Positions 18,526 to 30,400 of a DNA stretch of 64,000 bases are shown here, in pieces. The notes under the pieces were generated by a model that ran no database searches, had not been told where the DNA came from, and saw only the letters and a list, made by a program, of their open reading frames with translations. How positions within the stretch are numbered: position 1 is the stretch's first letter; each line of letters opens with the position of its first letter. This DNA is from Kiritimatiellia bacterium (GTDB taxonomy: Bacteria; Verrucomicrobiota; Kiritimatiellia; CAIVKH01), in the NCBI GenBank assembly GCA_025054615.1, contig JANWZO010000001.1:143499-207498 (forward strand), in the 5' to 3' direction. The position numbers and the translations under genes were made by a program.

Positions 18526-19515
18526 ATGATGAAGTCAGTTCGGCAAACCGGTTTCATGACGCTAGGCCTGCTGGCAGCGGGGACGGTCTTCGTGCTGGCG
18601 TGGGGCATTTTTTTCCATTTCCGCGGCGTCACGGATGTCGGCTACATCGTGTCGAAGCCGAATCCTTCCATTTTTTACTGGCTGTATGACCGGTGGTGGC
18701 TAAATGATTTTGTCGTCACTTCGTACGCGATCAACTTTCTGGCGCCGATCTTGGCGGCCTTTCTGGCTTGGCGGCGGCGTACCGCGCTCCGCGACGCGCC
18801 TCGCCGAATCGGGTGGGCGGGGCTGGTTTTGTTTACGGCGCTGCTTGCGCTCCATGTATTGGGCGCGAGGGCGCAGCAGACGAGAATCAGCATCCTCGCG
18901 ATGGTCTGGCTGCCGTGGGCGGCGGCCTTTTTCGCCTGGGGTCCGGCGGTGGCTCGTTTGTTGGCGTATCCTTTCCTGATGGCATCCTGGATCATGCCCG
19001 TCAATTTTTTTGATGCCGCGATGAATCCGTTGCGCGTCGCGGCCGCACACGCGGCGGCCGGCCTTGCGGCGGGAATCGGCTTTCCCGCAACGGCAGTGGG
19101 ATCCGCCATCGTCGAGTCCGAATCGCAATTGTGGGTGATCAACCTCTCCGACTCGACGAGCGGCATTTACGCGCTGTCCGCTCTGGCGATGTTCACCATG
19201 TTGGCGGCGGATTATGTGAAGCCATTGCGTCGCGCCGTTTGGACGGTCGTGTTGACGCCGGTATTCTTTTGGCTCGCCAACACGGGACGCGGGTTTTTGG
19301 CTGTCTTCGTGGCCGAGGTATTCGGCCCAAACGCCGCGAACACGTTGAATGTCCACTACCCGGCCGTGGGGCTCATCGGCTTCTATGTTGCGGCCCAGGC
19401 CGCGTGGCTTCGTTTGAGCGGTCTCGACTGGGGATCGGTCAGGCGCCGGTTTTTGGAACCGCATGAGGCTAGAACAAGGGGACCATGGCGGCCGTCTTCG
19501 GGAGACACGCTGTGA
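18526..19515 (+). CDS. Exosortase (EpsH/XrtA family)
   Basis: 329-aa polytopic membrane protein with the exosortase-like topology. It is followed directly by an EpsI-family gene and sits in a locus with a PEP-CTERM protein. AAGGAGG lies upstream. Confidence 0.7.
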   Translation: MMKSVRQTGFMTLGLLAAGTVFVLAWGIFFHFRGVTDVGYIVSKPNPSIFYWLYDRWWLNDFVVTSYAINFLAPILAAFLAWRRRTALRDAPRRIGWAGLVLFTALLALHVLGARAQQTRISILAMVWLPWAAAFFAWGPAVARLLAYPFLMASWIMPVNFFDAAMNPLRVAAAHAAAGLAAGIGFPATAVGSAIVESESQLWVINLSDSTSGIYALSALAMFTMLAADYVKPLRRAVWTVVLTPVFFWLANTGRGFLAVFVAEVFGPNAANTLNVHYPAVGLIGFYVAAQAAWLRLSGLDWGSVRRRFLEPHEARTRGPWRPSSGDTL

Positions 19516-20309
19516 AGCCGTCCGCGGCGTTGTGGATTTGCACCGCAATTCTGGCGGCACTCTTTGCGGCGCAGCCGCACCTGACCAAGGTCACATTCAT
19601 TGACGAGCCGCCCGTTCCGACGTCCCTTCCGGAACAGGTGGGCGCATGGCAGGGCCGACGACTGGTCAATTGCCAGGCGCAGGATCACGATGAGCCCCTT
19701 TTCGAGGATGAGGTGGGTCCGGAAGGCCGCTGCCCCATCTGCGGAGGCGTGGTCGGCCCGATGACTTCGACCGAAAGATATTTGCTTCCGCCCGATACTC
19801 GGATTGACAAGAGAATCTACCGACGCCGACGGGATGCCGCAGCAGATGCCATCAGCGCGGCGATCGTATTCAGCGGAATTCACCGGGCCAGCATTCATCG
19901 TCCAGAAGTTTGTCTGGTGGGCGATGGCTCTACTGCTGAAATCATACGGACCGAAACGCGGCGAATCCCCTTGGCGAAGGGGCAGGCGCTTGGCGTCTCG
20001 CTCCTGACGGTGCGCCAATTCGGCACTGGGCCTGATGGAAAACCTGTGAACCGCCTGAGCTATTTTGCGTATTGGTTTATCGGCCGCGGACGGGAAACCC
20101 CGTCCCATGTTGAGCGATTGGTCTGGATGGGGCTCGAGCGGATTCGCGGCCGCGCTTATCCATGGGCCTACGTTTCCATATCAGCCGCGCTCCGATCGGA
20201 AGGGGACTCGGCAGCCCTTCGGCGGCTCGACGAGTTCGCGCGGGCGCTGCATGGGGCGCTCCACGCCTTGTCCAGCCCGGGGCCGGTAGAATCCGCATCA
20301 GTTCCGTGA
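19485..20309 (+). CDS. EpsI family exosortase-associated protein
   Basis: N-terminal TM segment (AALWICTAILAALFAA) followed by a periplasmic domain. It overlaps the exosortase stop, the canonical XrtA-EpsI arrangement. Confidence 0.6.
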   Translation: MAAVFGRHAVKPSAALWICTAILAALFAAQPHLTKVTFIDEPPVPTSLPEQVGAWQGRRLVNCQAQDHDEPLFEDEVGPEGRCPICGGVVGPMTSTERYLLPPDTRIDKRIYRRRRDAAADAISAAIVFSGIHRASIHRPEVCLVGDGSTAEIIRTETRRIPLAKGQALGVSLLTVRQFGTGPDGKPVNRLSYFAYWFIGRGRETPSHVERLVWMGLERIRGRAYPWAYVSISAALRSEGDSAALRRLDEFARALHGALHALSSPGPVESASVP

Positions 20310-20395
20310 GTCGGCCTCTCTCAACTTCATTCCCGTATCTCCGACGGGCTGCATTAAATGCCTCGGTTTTGGGATTGGTTGAGGCATCGGGTCTA

Positions 20396-21718
20396 ATGCT
20401 GTCGCTGCTGGCTGGTGGTTGCATTCGGCACTATCTGAAAGGTGACCCGATGCTGGCAAGCTGGATGCTCTACCTTCTCGGAGCGTGGGTCGTTGGCGCA
20501 TATGTGGCCAAACTGCTGCCGGGCTGGGGCCTTGGGCCCGTGGAAGAATTGCGGAGGACCTTCTTTTTACTTTTGACCGTTTTTGCGGGCACCACCGCGA
20601 TGCTGTTCTGGGGGAAGGCCGCAGAGGCAACCAGCCGGTTCACACTTACCTTGGGATTTCTGCTCAGTATCATCGTCGTGCCCTCACTGCGTACCGAGAT
20701 TAAACGCATCCTGTTGAGGCGCGAGGCTTGGGGCGTGCCGGTGGTGATTTACGGCAAACTGGAAGCGGTCCGAAAAGCGGTCCATGCGCTTCGCGAAGAG
20801 CGAGGGCTTGGCTATCATCCCGCCGGCGTGTTTTTGGACGAACCCGACCCGCTGCCGCGGCGGATGGAAGACCTCGAGGTCCTAGGGTCGGTGGATCAAT
20901 TTACGACGTCGGCGCCGATCGCCATTCTTGCGGCGAATGGGTTGTCACCCCAGCGGGTGACGGACTTGATGGATGGGCCCCTTGCGAACTACCGGCGCGT
21001 GGTCATCGTTCCAGATATGACCGAATCGCCGACGCTTTGGGTCAGGCCGAGGGATTTCATGGGTCTCCTCGGAATCGAGATACCGTGCAATTTGCTCGAT
21101 CCCCTCGCGCGTGTGCTAAAACGGACGCTGGACCTTTCCATCGTGATACTCACCGCACCTCTCTGGGTTCCGATCAGTGTGCTTTTGAGCCTTCTTATCT
21201 GGCTTGAGGACCGGAAATCGCCGATTTTCCGCCAGGAACGGATTGGCATCGGAGGCCGCGTTTTTTACGCCCTGAAGTTCCGCACGATGCACCCGGATGC
21301 GGAACGCATCCTGCGGGAACGGCTCGAGGCCGATCCCCGCCTGCGTGCGGAGTGGGAAGCCAACTTCAAGCTTAAAAATGACCCCCGCATCACTCGCATG
21401 GGTCGATTTTTGCGCGCAACGTCATTAGACGAACTTCCTCAGTTCATCAATGTTCTCCGAGGGGAAATGTCGCTGGTGGGGCCCAGGCCCCTGCCGCGGT
21501 ATCACCATGAAGCCCTCCCTGAACGAGCGCGCCAGCTTCGAGAGCGTGTCCGTCCTGGCATCACGGGGCTTTGGCAGGTCTCCGGGCGGAGTGAAGCTGG
21601 CCATGCGGCGATGCCGCGGTGGGACACGTATTACGTTCGAAATTGGTCTATCTGGTTGGACATCGTCATTCTTGTCCGTACGATTCGGGCGGTGCTTTCC
21701 CAACACGGGGCCTACTGA
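20396..21718 (+). CDS. Exopolysaccharide polyprenyl-phosphate glycosyl-1-phosphate transferase (bacterial sugar transferase, WbaP/EpsB-like)
   Basis: The C-terminal domain IFRQERIGIGGRVFYALKFRTMHPDAE...RMGRFLRATSLDELPQFINVLRGEMSLVGPRPL is the hallmark Bac_transf motif. Four N-terminal TM helices. ATG at 20396; the track ORF starts at 20162, overlapping epsI. Confidence 0.85.
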   Translation: MLSLLAGGCIRHYLKGDPMLASWMLYLLGAWVVGAYVAKLLPGWGLGPVEELRRTFFLLLTVFAGTTAMLFWGKAAEATSRFTLTLGFLLSIIVVPSLRTEIKRILLRREAWGVPVVIYGKLEAVRKAVHALREERGLGYHPAGVFLDEPDPLPRRMEDLEVLGSVDQFTTSAPIAILAANGLSPQRVTDLMDGPLANYRRVVIVPDMTESPTLWVRPRDFMGLLGIEIPCNLLDPLARVLKRTLDLSIVILTAPLWVPISVLLSLLIWLEDRKSPIFRQERIGIGGRVFYALKFRTMHPDAERILRERLEADPRLRAEWEANFKLKNDPRITRMGRFLRATSLDELPQFINVLRGEMSLVGPRPLPRYHHEALPERARQLRERVRPGITGLWQVSGRSEAGHAAMPRWDTYYVRNWSIWLDIVILVRTIRAVLSQHGAY

Positions 21719-21725
21719 AGTTGGC

Positions 21726-24146
21726 ATGCCTCCTCTCTTGATCCAGAGAAGGATCCGGCAGTTCCGCGCTCACGAATTCGCCCGCCGGTTCCTACCCGCA
21801 TTCAATAGACTAGTGGCGGGATCCGCCGTGTGGGCCGGCCTGGGTTGTCGTGTTTTCGCACAGGGACCACACGAAATCGCGCTGATCATCAATCAGAACC
21901 ATCCGGACTCTCTGGAAATTGCGCACCACTATGCCCAAATCCGGCAGATACCCTCGGCGAACCTCATCTATTTGGATGTGCCCCGAGATCTGGGCGGCGT
22001 TCGAGCCGAAATTTCTCCTGAATTGTTCCTGCAGGCGATCCTTGAACCCGTTCGGCAGGAAATCGCCCGCCGTAATTTGGAGGACCACATTCTCGCCTGG
22101 GTCTATTCTGCAGGGTTTCCTGTTCGTGTACTGGTCGACCCGCCAATCTCTATCAACGGCGCGACCTTCGTCCGAGGCCAGTTCCCATCCGGCGAGGTGG
22201 TGAAGACAGGCCACTATCTCTCGCCCTTCTGGCGCGGATTCGACAACCCCGGCGGGTCTTCGTTGCCGTCGGGATCACTCCAGGATTTCGCTGCAGCCTT
22301 CCGAGACGCCATGCCCATGCCATCCGCCACGCTGGCCTACACCGCCAATCGAGGATTGACGGTTGAGGAAACCATCGACAGCCTTCGGCGTTCGGCCGCT
22401 GCGGACGGAACGTTTCCGCGCGATCCGTTTTATTACCACTTGAGTGAAAATGTGCGTTGCACAGCCCGGCGCTGGCAATTCGAGGGGGCAGCACGGGAAT
22501 TAGCCCAAATGGGCATATCCGCAGTGATATCCTCAAATGAACCAGCCGTGAACCAGCCTTTGTCAGGACTGTTGGTGGGCATCGCATACACCGACAAACC
22601 CTGGGGCCGTCTGCAACCCGGCAGCCTTGTCGACAACCTGACCAGTTTTGGCGCGGAGTTTCACCACCAGGATCAGGTGCGTCTTACGCACTGGCTTCGG
22701 AACGGCGCTTCTTTCGCCTCGGGCACCGTGATCGAGCCATACTCGGCCTGGCCGAAATTCGCGCATGCACGCCTTTTCGTCCACTACGCGCGCGGGTGCA
22801 CCGCGCTCGAAAGTTACCTGCAGGCGTTGCGCAGCCCTCTTCAGCAATATCTGGTGGGCGATCCGCTCGCGCGCCCGTGGGCACGGCCAATCCCGCTAAC
22901 GCTGATCAATCTCGAGGAGTCTGGGCAGCCGTTGCGGGGTGAAGTCTCATTCCTCGCCTCCTCTCTGGCCGCGGAACCAGGGATGGTCTATGTCTTTCTC
23001 TTGGACGGCCGAAGTCTCCCTACGCCCGGCAATACAGCGGGAATCCGGCTCGACACTCGAAATTTTGACGACGGCTGGCATGAGCTGCGAGCAATCGCAT
23101 ATTCGCCCGGACCCATCCGTCGACAAGGTCATGCGAGGCTTGGCTTTCTCATTGGAAACTTGGGGCGGTCCGCGAATCTGCGGCTAACCGCGACCGATAA
23201 GCAGGTGGACATCGATCGACCTTTCTCTGTTGCTGTTTCCGCGTCGGCGGGGGCCACCGGAATTTCCATTCGCGCGCATGAACGAATCATTTGGAGCGGA
23301 ACCGCTTCCACCCAGGAACAAATTGTGGTGCTGAATGCGGCGCGGATTGGGGCCGGTCCCGTTCCGTTGCAGGCCGTGGCGCATTTTCCTGACGGGAGCG
23401 CGGTACGGAGTCCTCCGCAGATCGTTCAATTCAAGAGCCTCAACCGGCCGCCCTCGCCGCCTCAGATCGTTTCGGTTGAGGACAAGCCGGGCGAACGCCG
23501 ATTTCGGATCGTTTCAGAAGATCCGGATGGAGATGAGGTTTCGGTCGACTGGTTCTCCGACCGGTTGGCGCACCCGCCACGTCCGGTAGTCCCGGATTCC
23601 GACGGAGGCTGGACTCTTTCCGGCACGGGGCGAGTTGTGGTTGCCAACATACCGACCCTGGCCGACGCGGACGTGCGCGAATTGGTCTTCCAAATGCGAA
23701 CAACCGATGTCCGGCATGATACGGGTCCTCTGGTGGGCGGTATCGCCTGGTCACTGAAGAACGATACCGAATACACATATTTCGGCTGGCATTGGCATTG
23801 GAACGCTTGGGCGATTGGGCGCTTCAAAGATGGCTCTTTTCACCCCATCCATGCGAGGGGGGTACCACGGCCGCCGCGAGGGCATGAAGTGATCTCCCTC
23901 TGCAACACGCCTACCGGGCTGCTGATTAAAGTTGACAATCGGGAGTTCGGATTCATCGCCGGAGAACGGATCCGGGGGCCGTTCGGGCTGGTCGGCGGTC
24001 CGATCCCGTGGACGCTCACGGCGCTGCGAGTTGCTGAGTCGAACGAGGCATCCCCGCCGCGTAAAGGAATGTGGCTTCGCGCGTCTGACGGGATCGCGGA
24101 GACATGGGCGCCGGCGTCCACACCTGCAATGACGCCATCGCGCTAG
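21726..24146 (+). CDS. Secreted hypothetical protein (806 aa), last gene of the exosortase locus
   Basis: ATG at 21726 lies 5 nt after the sugar-transferase stop. Signal-like N-terminus ...LVAGSAVWAGLGCRVFAQGP. No catalytic motif recognized. Confidence 0.55.
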   Translation: MPPLLIQRRIRQFRAHEFARRFLPAFNRLVAGSAVWAGLGCRVFAQGPHEIALIINQNHPDSLEIAHHYAQIRQIPSANLIYLDVPRDLGGVRAEISPELFLQAILEPVRQEIARRNLEDHILAWVYSAGFPVRVLVDPPISINGATFVRGQFPSGEVVKTGHYLSPFWRGFDNPGGSSLPSGSLQDFAAAFRDAMPMPSATLAYTANRGLTVEETIDSLRRSAAADGTFPRDPFYYHLSENVRCTARRWQFEGAARELAQMGISAVISSNEPAVNQPLSGLLVGIAYTDKPWGRLQPGSLVDNLTSFGAEFHHQDQVRLTHWLRNGASFASGTVIEPYSAWPKFAHARLFVHYARGCTALESYLQALRSPLQQYLVGDPLARPWARPIPLTLINLEESGQPLRGEVSFLASSLAAEPGMVYVFLLDGRSLPTPGNTAGIRLDTRNFDDGWHELRAIAYSPGPIRRQGHARLGFLIGNLGRSANLRLTATDKQVDIDRPFSVAVSASAGATGISIRAHERIIWSGTASTQEQIVVLNAARIGAGPVPLQAVAHFPDGSAVRSPPQIVQFKSLNRPPSPPQIVSVEDKPGERRFRIVSEDPDGDEVSVDWFSDRLAHPPRPVVPDSDGGWTLSGTGRVVVANIPTLADADVRELVFQMRTTDVRHDTGPLVGGIAWSLKNDTEYTYFGWHWHWNAWAIGRFKDGSFHPIHARGVPRPPRGHEVISLCNTPTGLLIKVDNREFGFIAGERIRGPFGLVGGPIPWTLTALRVAESNEASPPRKGMWLRASDGIAETWAPASTPAMTPSR

Positions 24147-24414
24147 CGGCTAGCGCCCAAACCGATTGCGGCGGGATCTCTCTGCCGACCGGCCATTTCC
24201 CTAAAGCTTTTCTATCCCGTAATTGAGTATAAGCCGAAAGCACGACGACTGGACTAGCGCAGCAACCCCTGGATTAGAAACGTGACGCGCGGATTCTCCA
24301 TGCCAAATGGCGTGCTGCGAAAGAGATCGGGCTGTCTGCTTGGTTCTAATAGAGGCCGTTAAGGACGATGGCTACCCACAGAGTCTCATCCCAATTCTTT
24401 TGGCGCAGCCCCCC

Positions 24415-27400
24415 CTACGGATTGAAGTTCTTGCCGGGTATCGAATAGTAGAGCCGATTGGTCCAGTACATCATACCCGGATTGCGACGGATGATGATGA
24501 CGACGTCGTCCGGCCGGATTCTGAAGTTGGCCACCGTTGGCGGCGATGAGAATTCATTCGTATTGTACGCAGCGAGATTCCACGTTGTCCCGTCCGACCT
24601 GAGATGCCATCGGACCCGCGGATGCGTCAGCGATGCGATGCCATTGCTGACGCTCAATATTCGGATTTCATCCGCGAAGGCCACAAAGTTGTGGCCCACC
24701 ATACCGGATCCGCGGAACAACGCGCCCGTGAGGCTTACATGGATTGGATAATTCCAGTTCAACACGTGGAATAGATTGCTGCCGCTACCCGATGCCCCTT
24801 GAATGGCGATGACCTGTTGTTGCGTCATCACGCGGCCTACGATCGGCAGGTGGATCGTCGGCGATCCAACCGGCAATTCGATCATAAAGCCCTGATGAGT
24901 CGGGAAGACCATGTCATTAGCCACCGCACCCCAATCGCCTGTCCAACGCAACCAGGTGCCACCGCTGCTGCCGCCGTACAACCCGACGGTATTGGTCACG
25001 AAGTTGTAGGATCCGGTGCCTCGTTGCGGGCTGAACCAATGGATCTTGGTCGCCGTCGCGTAGGTTGTGCCGGCCGGCACACGGTTGGTTCCGAAGACAT
25101 AGGCAACCGTTGCCGTATCGGGTACGAAGAACGTGCCATACCAGTTTTCGCCGGGCACCAGGCGGATGGGCTTCGTCACGTACACCTCCCGGCTCCCGCG
25201 GCGCAACGCGTTGGTCGGTTGCCAAGCGTCTTGAAGCGAGACGCGATAGAACCGCATCGTGGCGCCGAGCTCCTCCGGCGGGACGCGGTAATGGTTGGTC
25301 GGGCTGAAGCCGCCTTCATCAATGAGCATGTTGCCGCCGGCTACATTATTGGTAATTCGATCGAGCCATTTCCACGCGTTGCTGAGCGAGTCACTGAAGT
25401 TCAGGGCATCGACGAACAATTCGTCGTACACCCGATTTGTGGAAGCAATCCAAGCCAGGCGCACCCCATTTGTGCCCGGGCTGAACACTCTGGAGATGCC
25501 CTGCGTGACCTGGAAGTTCACGGTCAGGCCGGTCACGACCACTTCAGGGCTGAGGTTCCCAGCCGCATCGCGGGCTCGGATGCGCACGCGATGAAGGGCA
25601 TCGAAGTTCAAATTCGAAATGATGATCGAAGAGGTATTGTTGGAACCAAGGTTCGGGATTTGCGCCTTGGTGATCACCGTGGTGCTGATGGGATTGAATG
25701 AACCATCAAGTTCATGAACGGTGATGATGTACGTGTCCCACGGTGAAAGCGGCGTATTATCGGAGGTCCGCCATCCGGCCGCGATGTGGCTGTTCGTGTG
25801 GCCGGGCGTCCACTGGACTTTGATTTCCGTAGTCTCGTCGACCAGCGGATCATCGGTCACATTGGTCGCATTGGCCACCGGGAGCGGAGGATTGGTGTCG
25901 ATCCGCAAACGGAAGGCGACCACGCTGCCCATCGCCCGATCCTGTGAGGAAGCAGACGGACGATCGAGATCGTTATCAATCGCGAAGATAAAGCCTGTGA
26001 TGGTGCCCTGCTGATGCAGCAAGCTGACCACCTGGCTGGTCTGGTTGCCTGGCACGTTGAAGCCGTGGTTGGTGGCCGTTGGCGGGGTTGTGCCTATCGC
26101 GGGCGCGACGATGCGATACTCATCAATGCCATGATAATCATCCGTGGCGTGATCCCAACGAATCGTGACCGATGTGAGGTTCGTCCATCCCAAGGAATTG
26201 GTATCAGCAAGGAATCCACTTTGGAGGACGATGAAATTGTCGATATAGATCCCAGGCGAGCCATCCGTGCCTACGCGCACCAAGCGCAGCGTAGTGATGC
26301 CCGGCCAATCAATATTCCATACCTCTGACTGATAATCCGCAGAGTCAACCTCATTTGTGCCGGCGCTGGCCCAATTCGTCCCATCCCAGAACAGGAGTTC
26401 GAGGTGACGAACCGCGCCGGTACTGGACAGCCGGGCATCCACCATAACCTTGCCCACATCGGTTCGCGCCGGTGTTTGCAGGTACTGGCCGACCCCTGTC
26501 GCTGCGAAGCCACCTTTCCGGACTCCGCCAGCCGCATCCCCAAGATTTACATAGGTGGTGCCGAACCAAACACCTGTACCCAGACCATTGGTCACGACAT
26601 TTGTCCAGAGCGTACCCGAGGCAAGAAATGCGGGCCATCCCTCAGAGGTCTCAAAGGATGTGAACAAAACCGCCTCGTCGCTGAAAGAATTGTCGACCTG
26701 GAGGCTCGTCATGGACGGGCCTTTCACGTCGTCGTCATAAACCCGGATCCAGCCGTAGGACAGCGCGGCGTTGATGCTCACATCGTTGGTGCGGTCATTG
26801 TCCGAATCCTGCAGATTCACACGGACCAGGCTTCGTTTGGCCATCGTGAACAACGTGTTGTTGATAAGCTGATTAATCTGCGACTCGGTGAAGAATCCGT
26901 TCGTGAACGAGAAGATGTTGGTCTGAACGACACCCGGCGCGTTGTTGGAGGTGGAGAGCGAGGCGTTCCAACCAATGATGGTATTGGTCACGATCGGCGT
27001 AGTGAGCCGGATTTCGAAATTGATCCCGTCATTGGTGCCACCAGAGGTTGCACGGCGGATTCCCGAGCCGAGATCCATGGCCCCGAAGGCGAATTGTAGG
27101 CCTTTAGAGCCGCTGAGGGCGAGCTCTTCATCCGTCACGGCAAATGTGGAATTCGTACTGGTTCCCTCGCGCCGCGGATAGGTCCCGCGAATTTCCGTAT
27201 CTCCGCTGCCCAGCGGGAAGAGATTGGTGAGTATGAAGAATGGGCGGGCGACAGAGCCGGTGTAGATAATGTCCGCCATCAGCGGACCGTCCGTATCATC
27301 GTCGATCAGGCGGATGTATCCGGCCAACAGATTCGACGCAATCATTTGGTCATTCACTCGATCTGCATCGTTGTCCGGCATGGTCACAGTGACGGCAAGA

Positions 27401-30400
27401 TCCTGCCCTTGCGCCCCGGAGCCGTCACCGCCCCACATATCGGAGACGCGCTGCCACGTGAACAGCGAGGCGGCAAACGACCACGTGCTGGTGGCATTAG
27501 CGTTGGTCCCGATCGCGGAGCTCCAGGAGGCTTCATAATCCGCGAAGTTGTTGGTTGCGACGAAGGGGATCGAGAGGGTTGCGTTGGTTGAGGCTGGACC
27601 ATGGGGCGAGCGCTGCAACCCGCTGTGCTGATCGTAAATATTAACCATCACGCGCATTCCGGCGCCAGTCAGCACGCCGTCTTCAATGAAATACCGGTCA
27701 AGCGAACCAACGGTTTGAGCCGGCGCAATCAAGGAATTCGTGAATACCCTCAACGGTTTGGCCCCAAGGAGCGGCGCGTTCGTGTCGTCGTCATACGCAT
27801 AAAATTGCAACGGCCAGTTGATCGTCATTGCGCGATTGGTCGGCACCACCGCCCACGAGGGGCCCAGGGCCGCGGGCACCGTGGGAGCGCCGGCCGGTGC
27901 ATTTTCGCCGGAAACCGTAACGAAATAATTCACGGTGAAATCGAGGTTGGTGACGTTGAATGCAGCTTTGTGGAAGGTGGTCACCGACGCAAAGCCGTTG
28001 TAGCCGATATACCCCTCGAAAACTTTGTCGAGATTGAATGGATTGGTGGCAGCTCCGATGGCAAGCGGATCCCAGTTCGGATTCACGCGGGCCTGGTGCG
28101 AACCGATATTGAGGTTGGTGGCGACTGTGTTGGTTAGGAACAATCCTCCGAGGCGGGCCTCCCACCGAACCGCAAAATCGATCAGATTTGTGGAGGCGAG
28201 CTCCGCATCGCTCAGATTGGTGACCACCAAGTTATAAACAGAGGGTCCGTAGTTCGTGCCGATATAGACCAGCGCCGGCAGGGGACCATAATCGTCATGC
28301 CATCCCTGAGGCACTCCCCACGTGGTCTCTTCCCAGCTCGGCGTGATCCGGATGCTGTCGAAGGTAACAATCTGGTTGTTGTCACTGGCCACCAGTTGGA
28401 TGCCGTCAATTTTCTCAATTACGACATTCGTCATTTCGACGATCCACGCCGCCTCCTTTTCGGGCACGGCGTGCATGAGCTGATTGGTCGTATACGCGCG
28501 AGCTTTGAGCGTATCCTGCTCGAAGTCGTATTCTAAGACGATCAGGTAGTCGACTCCCGCGTTGATTTCGTATCCCGGATTGGTTCCATCCAGCCGGTTG
28601 GTGCGAATTTGCGACCCATACTGGATCGATAGCCGCCGCTGTTCGACGCCGTAGGCTTTGCCAACGAAGGCCGTAACGGCGCTTCCGTTGAGCAGATTCA
28701 CGCCCAGGTAGTTGGTGCCAACGAGCGTGTGGTTGTTATTGATCTTGAAGCCCATGACAAACTTGCCGCTGGTGAAGGGCGCAAAATTCCGGCGGGCGGC
28801 GCGCTGGCCGGAGGTGTCTTCTGATGTATTGCCAAGATCGATAAAGCCGCTGCGCGTCGGGGCCGGGTAATCCGGCGGATAATTGCCGAATTGCGGGAAG
28901 TTGCCAGGTCCGGTCTCCACCAGCCCGCCAGTCGTGATCCATGCATTTGTCCAGCCAGTGCCTCCGCTCAATCCGGACAGATTGACGAAGGATCCATAGT
29001 CAAACCCCTCGTAGATGATGCCTTGCGCGAGCGTAGCGACGCTCCGCGGGTTGTTGCTGGCGGTCACAGTGAGATAGTCAATCCCGCTGCCTGCACCGTT
29101 GTATTCAAACACCCGGAAATGCCAAGTGACGCCGGGCGCGAGCCCCACTACCTCCACGCATGTAGCCGTGCCGACGGAGACCACGAAATTGCCGTCGCCC
29201 AGGTGGGATCCTGACCCGAAATTCGTACTGGCCGTGTACGACGTTCCATCCACTGGGAACTGATTGACCGCATTCGTGCCGCGCACGACAACCACACGGC
29301 CCTGACCGTTACCCGGCGAGAAGCACAACTCAACCCGACTTGTTCCCACCGATTGGAATACAATGTTGCTGGCTTGGAGAGTCGGCTGCGCACACAGCGT
29401 CTCCGCGGATGCGGTAACCACGGTAGACGTGAAGTAGTTGTAGGTCTGAGGGGCGGATCCGTTCCAACGGAACGAGAAGATGCGGAAATGATAGAGTGTG
29501 CAGGTGAGCAAATTCGTGTGAAGGGCATTGCTCACGGTGCCCGGCGTAGCGATAAAGGCAGTAAAGCCGCCGACAAGTTGGCCGTTGGTATACCCCACTC
29601 CATCCTGCGGCAGCGCCGTCACCGGATTCGTGCCATAGAGCAGCAGATATCCGCTCGGGGCCGGCGTTCCGGATGCAATCGTCCACGTATTGCTAATTGA
29701 ATAGGGCGAATCCGGATAGGCCATGAGGTTCGTCGCATTCCCGAACGGCTCAAGGGAAAGGGTCCATTGCTGGCCGGTGGCGAAGCCGGGCGCCGTGTAG
29801 TAGTTCGGAGACGGCGTTCCACCCATGTTGTATTCGAAGACCGCAAAGTGATACAGCGTCTCCGGATTTAGTCCGGTCACGTGCACGTTCGTGCCGATGC
29901 CGTTGTAAATGATGCGGTTGCCACCGAAATCGGGCGCGTTGGTGAAATTCGCGCTGGATGCGTAGGAAACGCCATCGGTGGGAACAAAGGTCACCGGCGC
30001 ACTTTCGCGGGCGACCACGATTCGATACGCGCCATTCCCCGGAATCCATCCGGCCGTCATTGACGTGGTCGACACGTTGTAGAAGTGCATGCCTGACGCA
30101 TGGACGTTCGGCTCATTGGTGAACTGATTGAGGAGTCCCGGCCAGGACGAGGCCACGCGGATTTCGTCAAAGCAGAAGTTCCCTTCATCCTTGGCCGCGA
30201 CGCGTATGCCGTTGATCATGCCAATAGCCACCGTCGGCGTGCCCGTGACGTACCAATTCGGCTCGGTCAGCGGAAGGGCGCCGCCATACAGCGCAAATCC
30301 GTAGAAGCGGTTCGAATTGAAGTCGTACATTCCCACGTAGAAATATCCAGGGTCGCCAACGCCATTGACGCCAAAGCTGCTGAGCTTCATGCCGCCATTC

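Noticed and set aside
24139-24155. Imperfect palindrome GCGCTAGC-g-GCTAGCGC at the stop of the 806-aa gene
   Set aside because: The 1-nt loop is sterically implausible as a hairpin and no T-tract follows. It is possibly coincidental (it contains the TAG stop). It is noted but not called as a feature.
24415-25500. Possible C-terminal sorting signal (PEP-CTERM, LPXTG, T9SS CTD or autotransporter barrel) on the giant protein
   Set aside because: The last 60 aa (…RIRPDDVVIIIRRNPGMMYWTNRLYYSIPGKNFNP) have no PEP motif plus TM plus basic tail, no LPXTG, and no terminal aromatic of a beta-barrel. None can be supported from the sequence.
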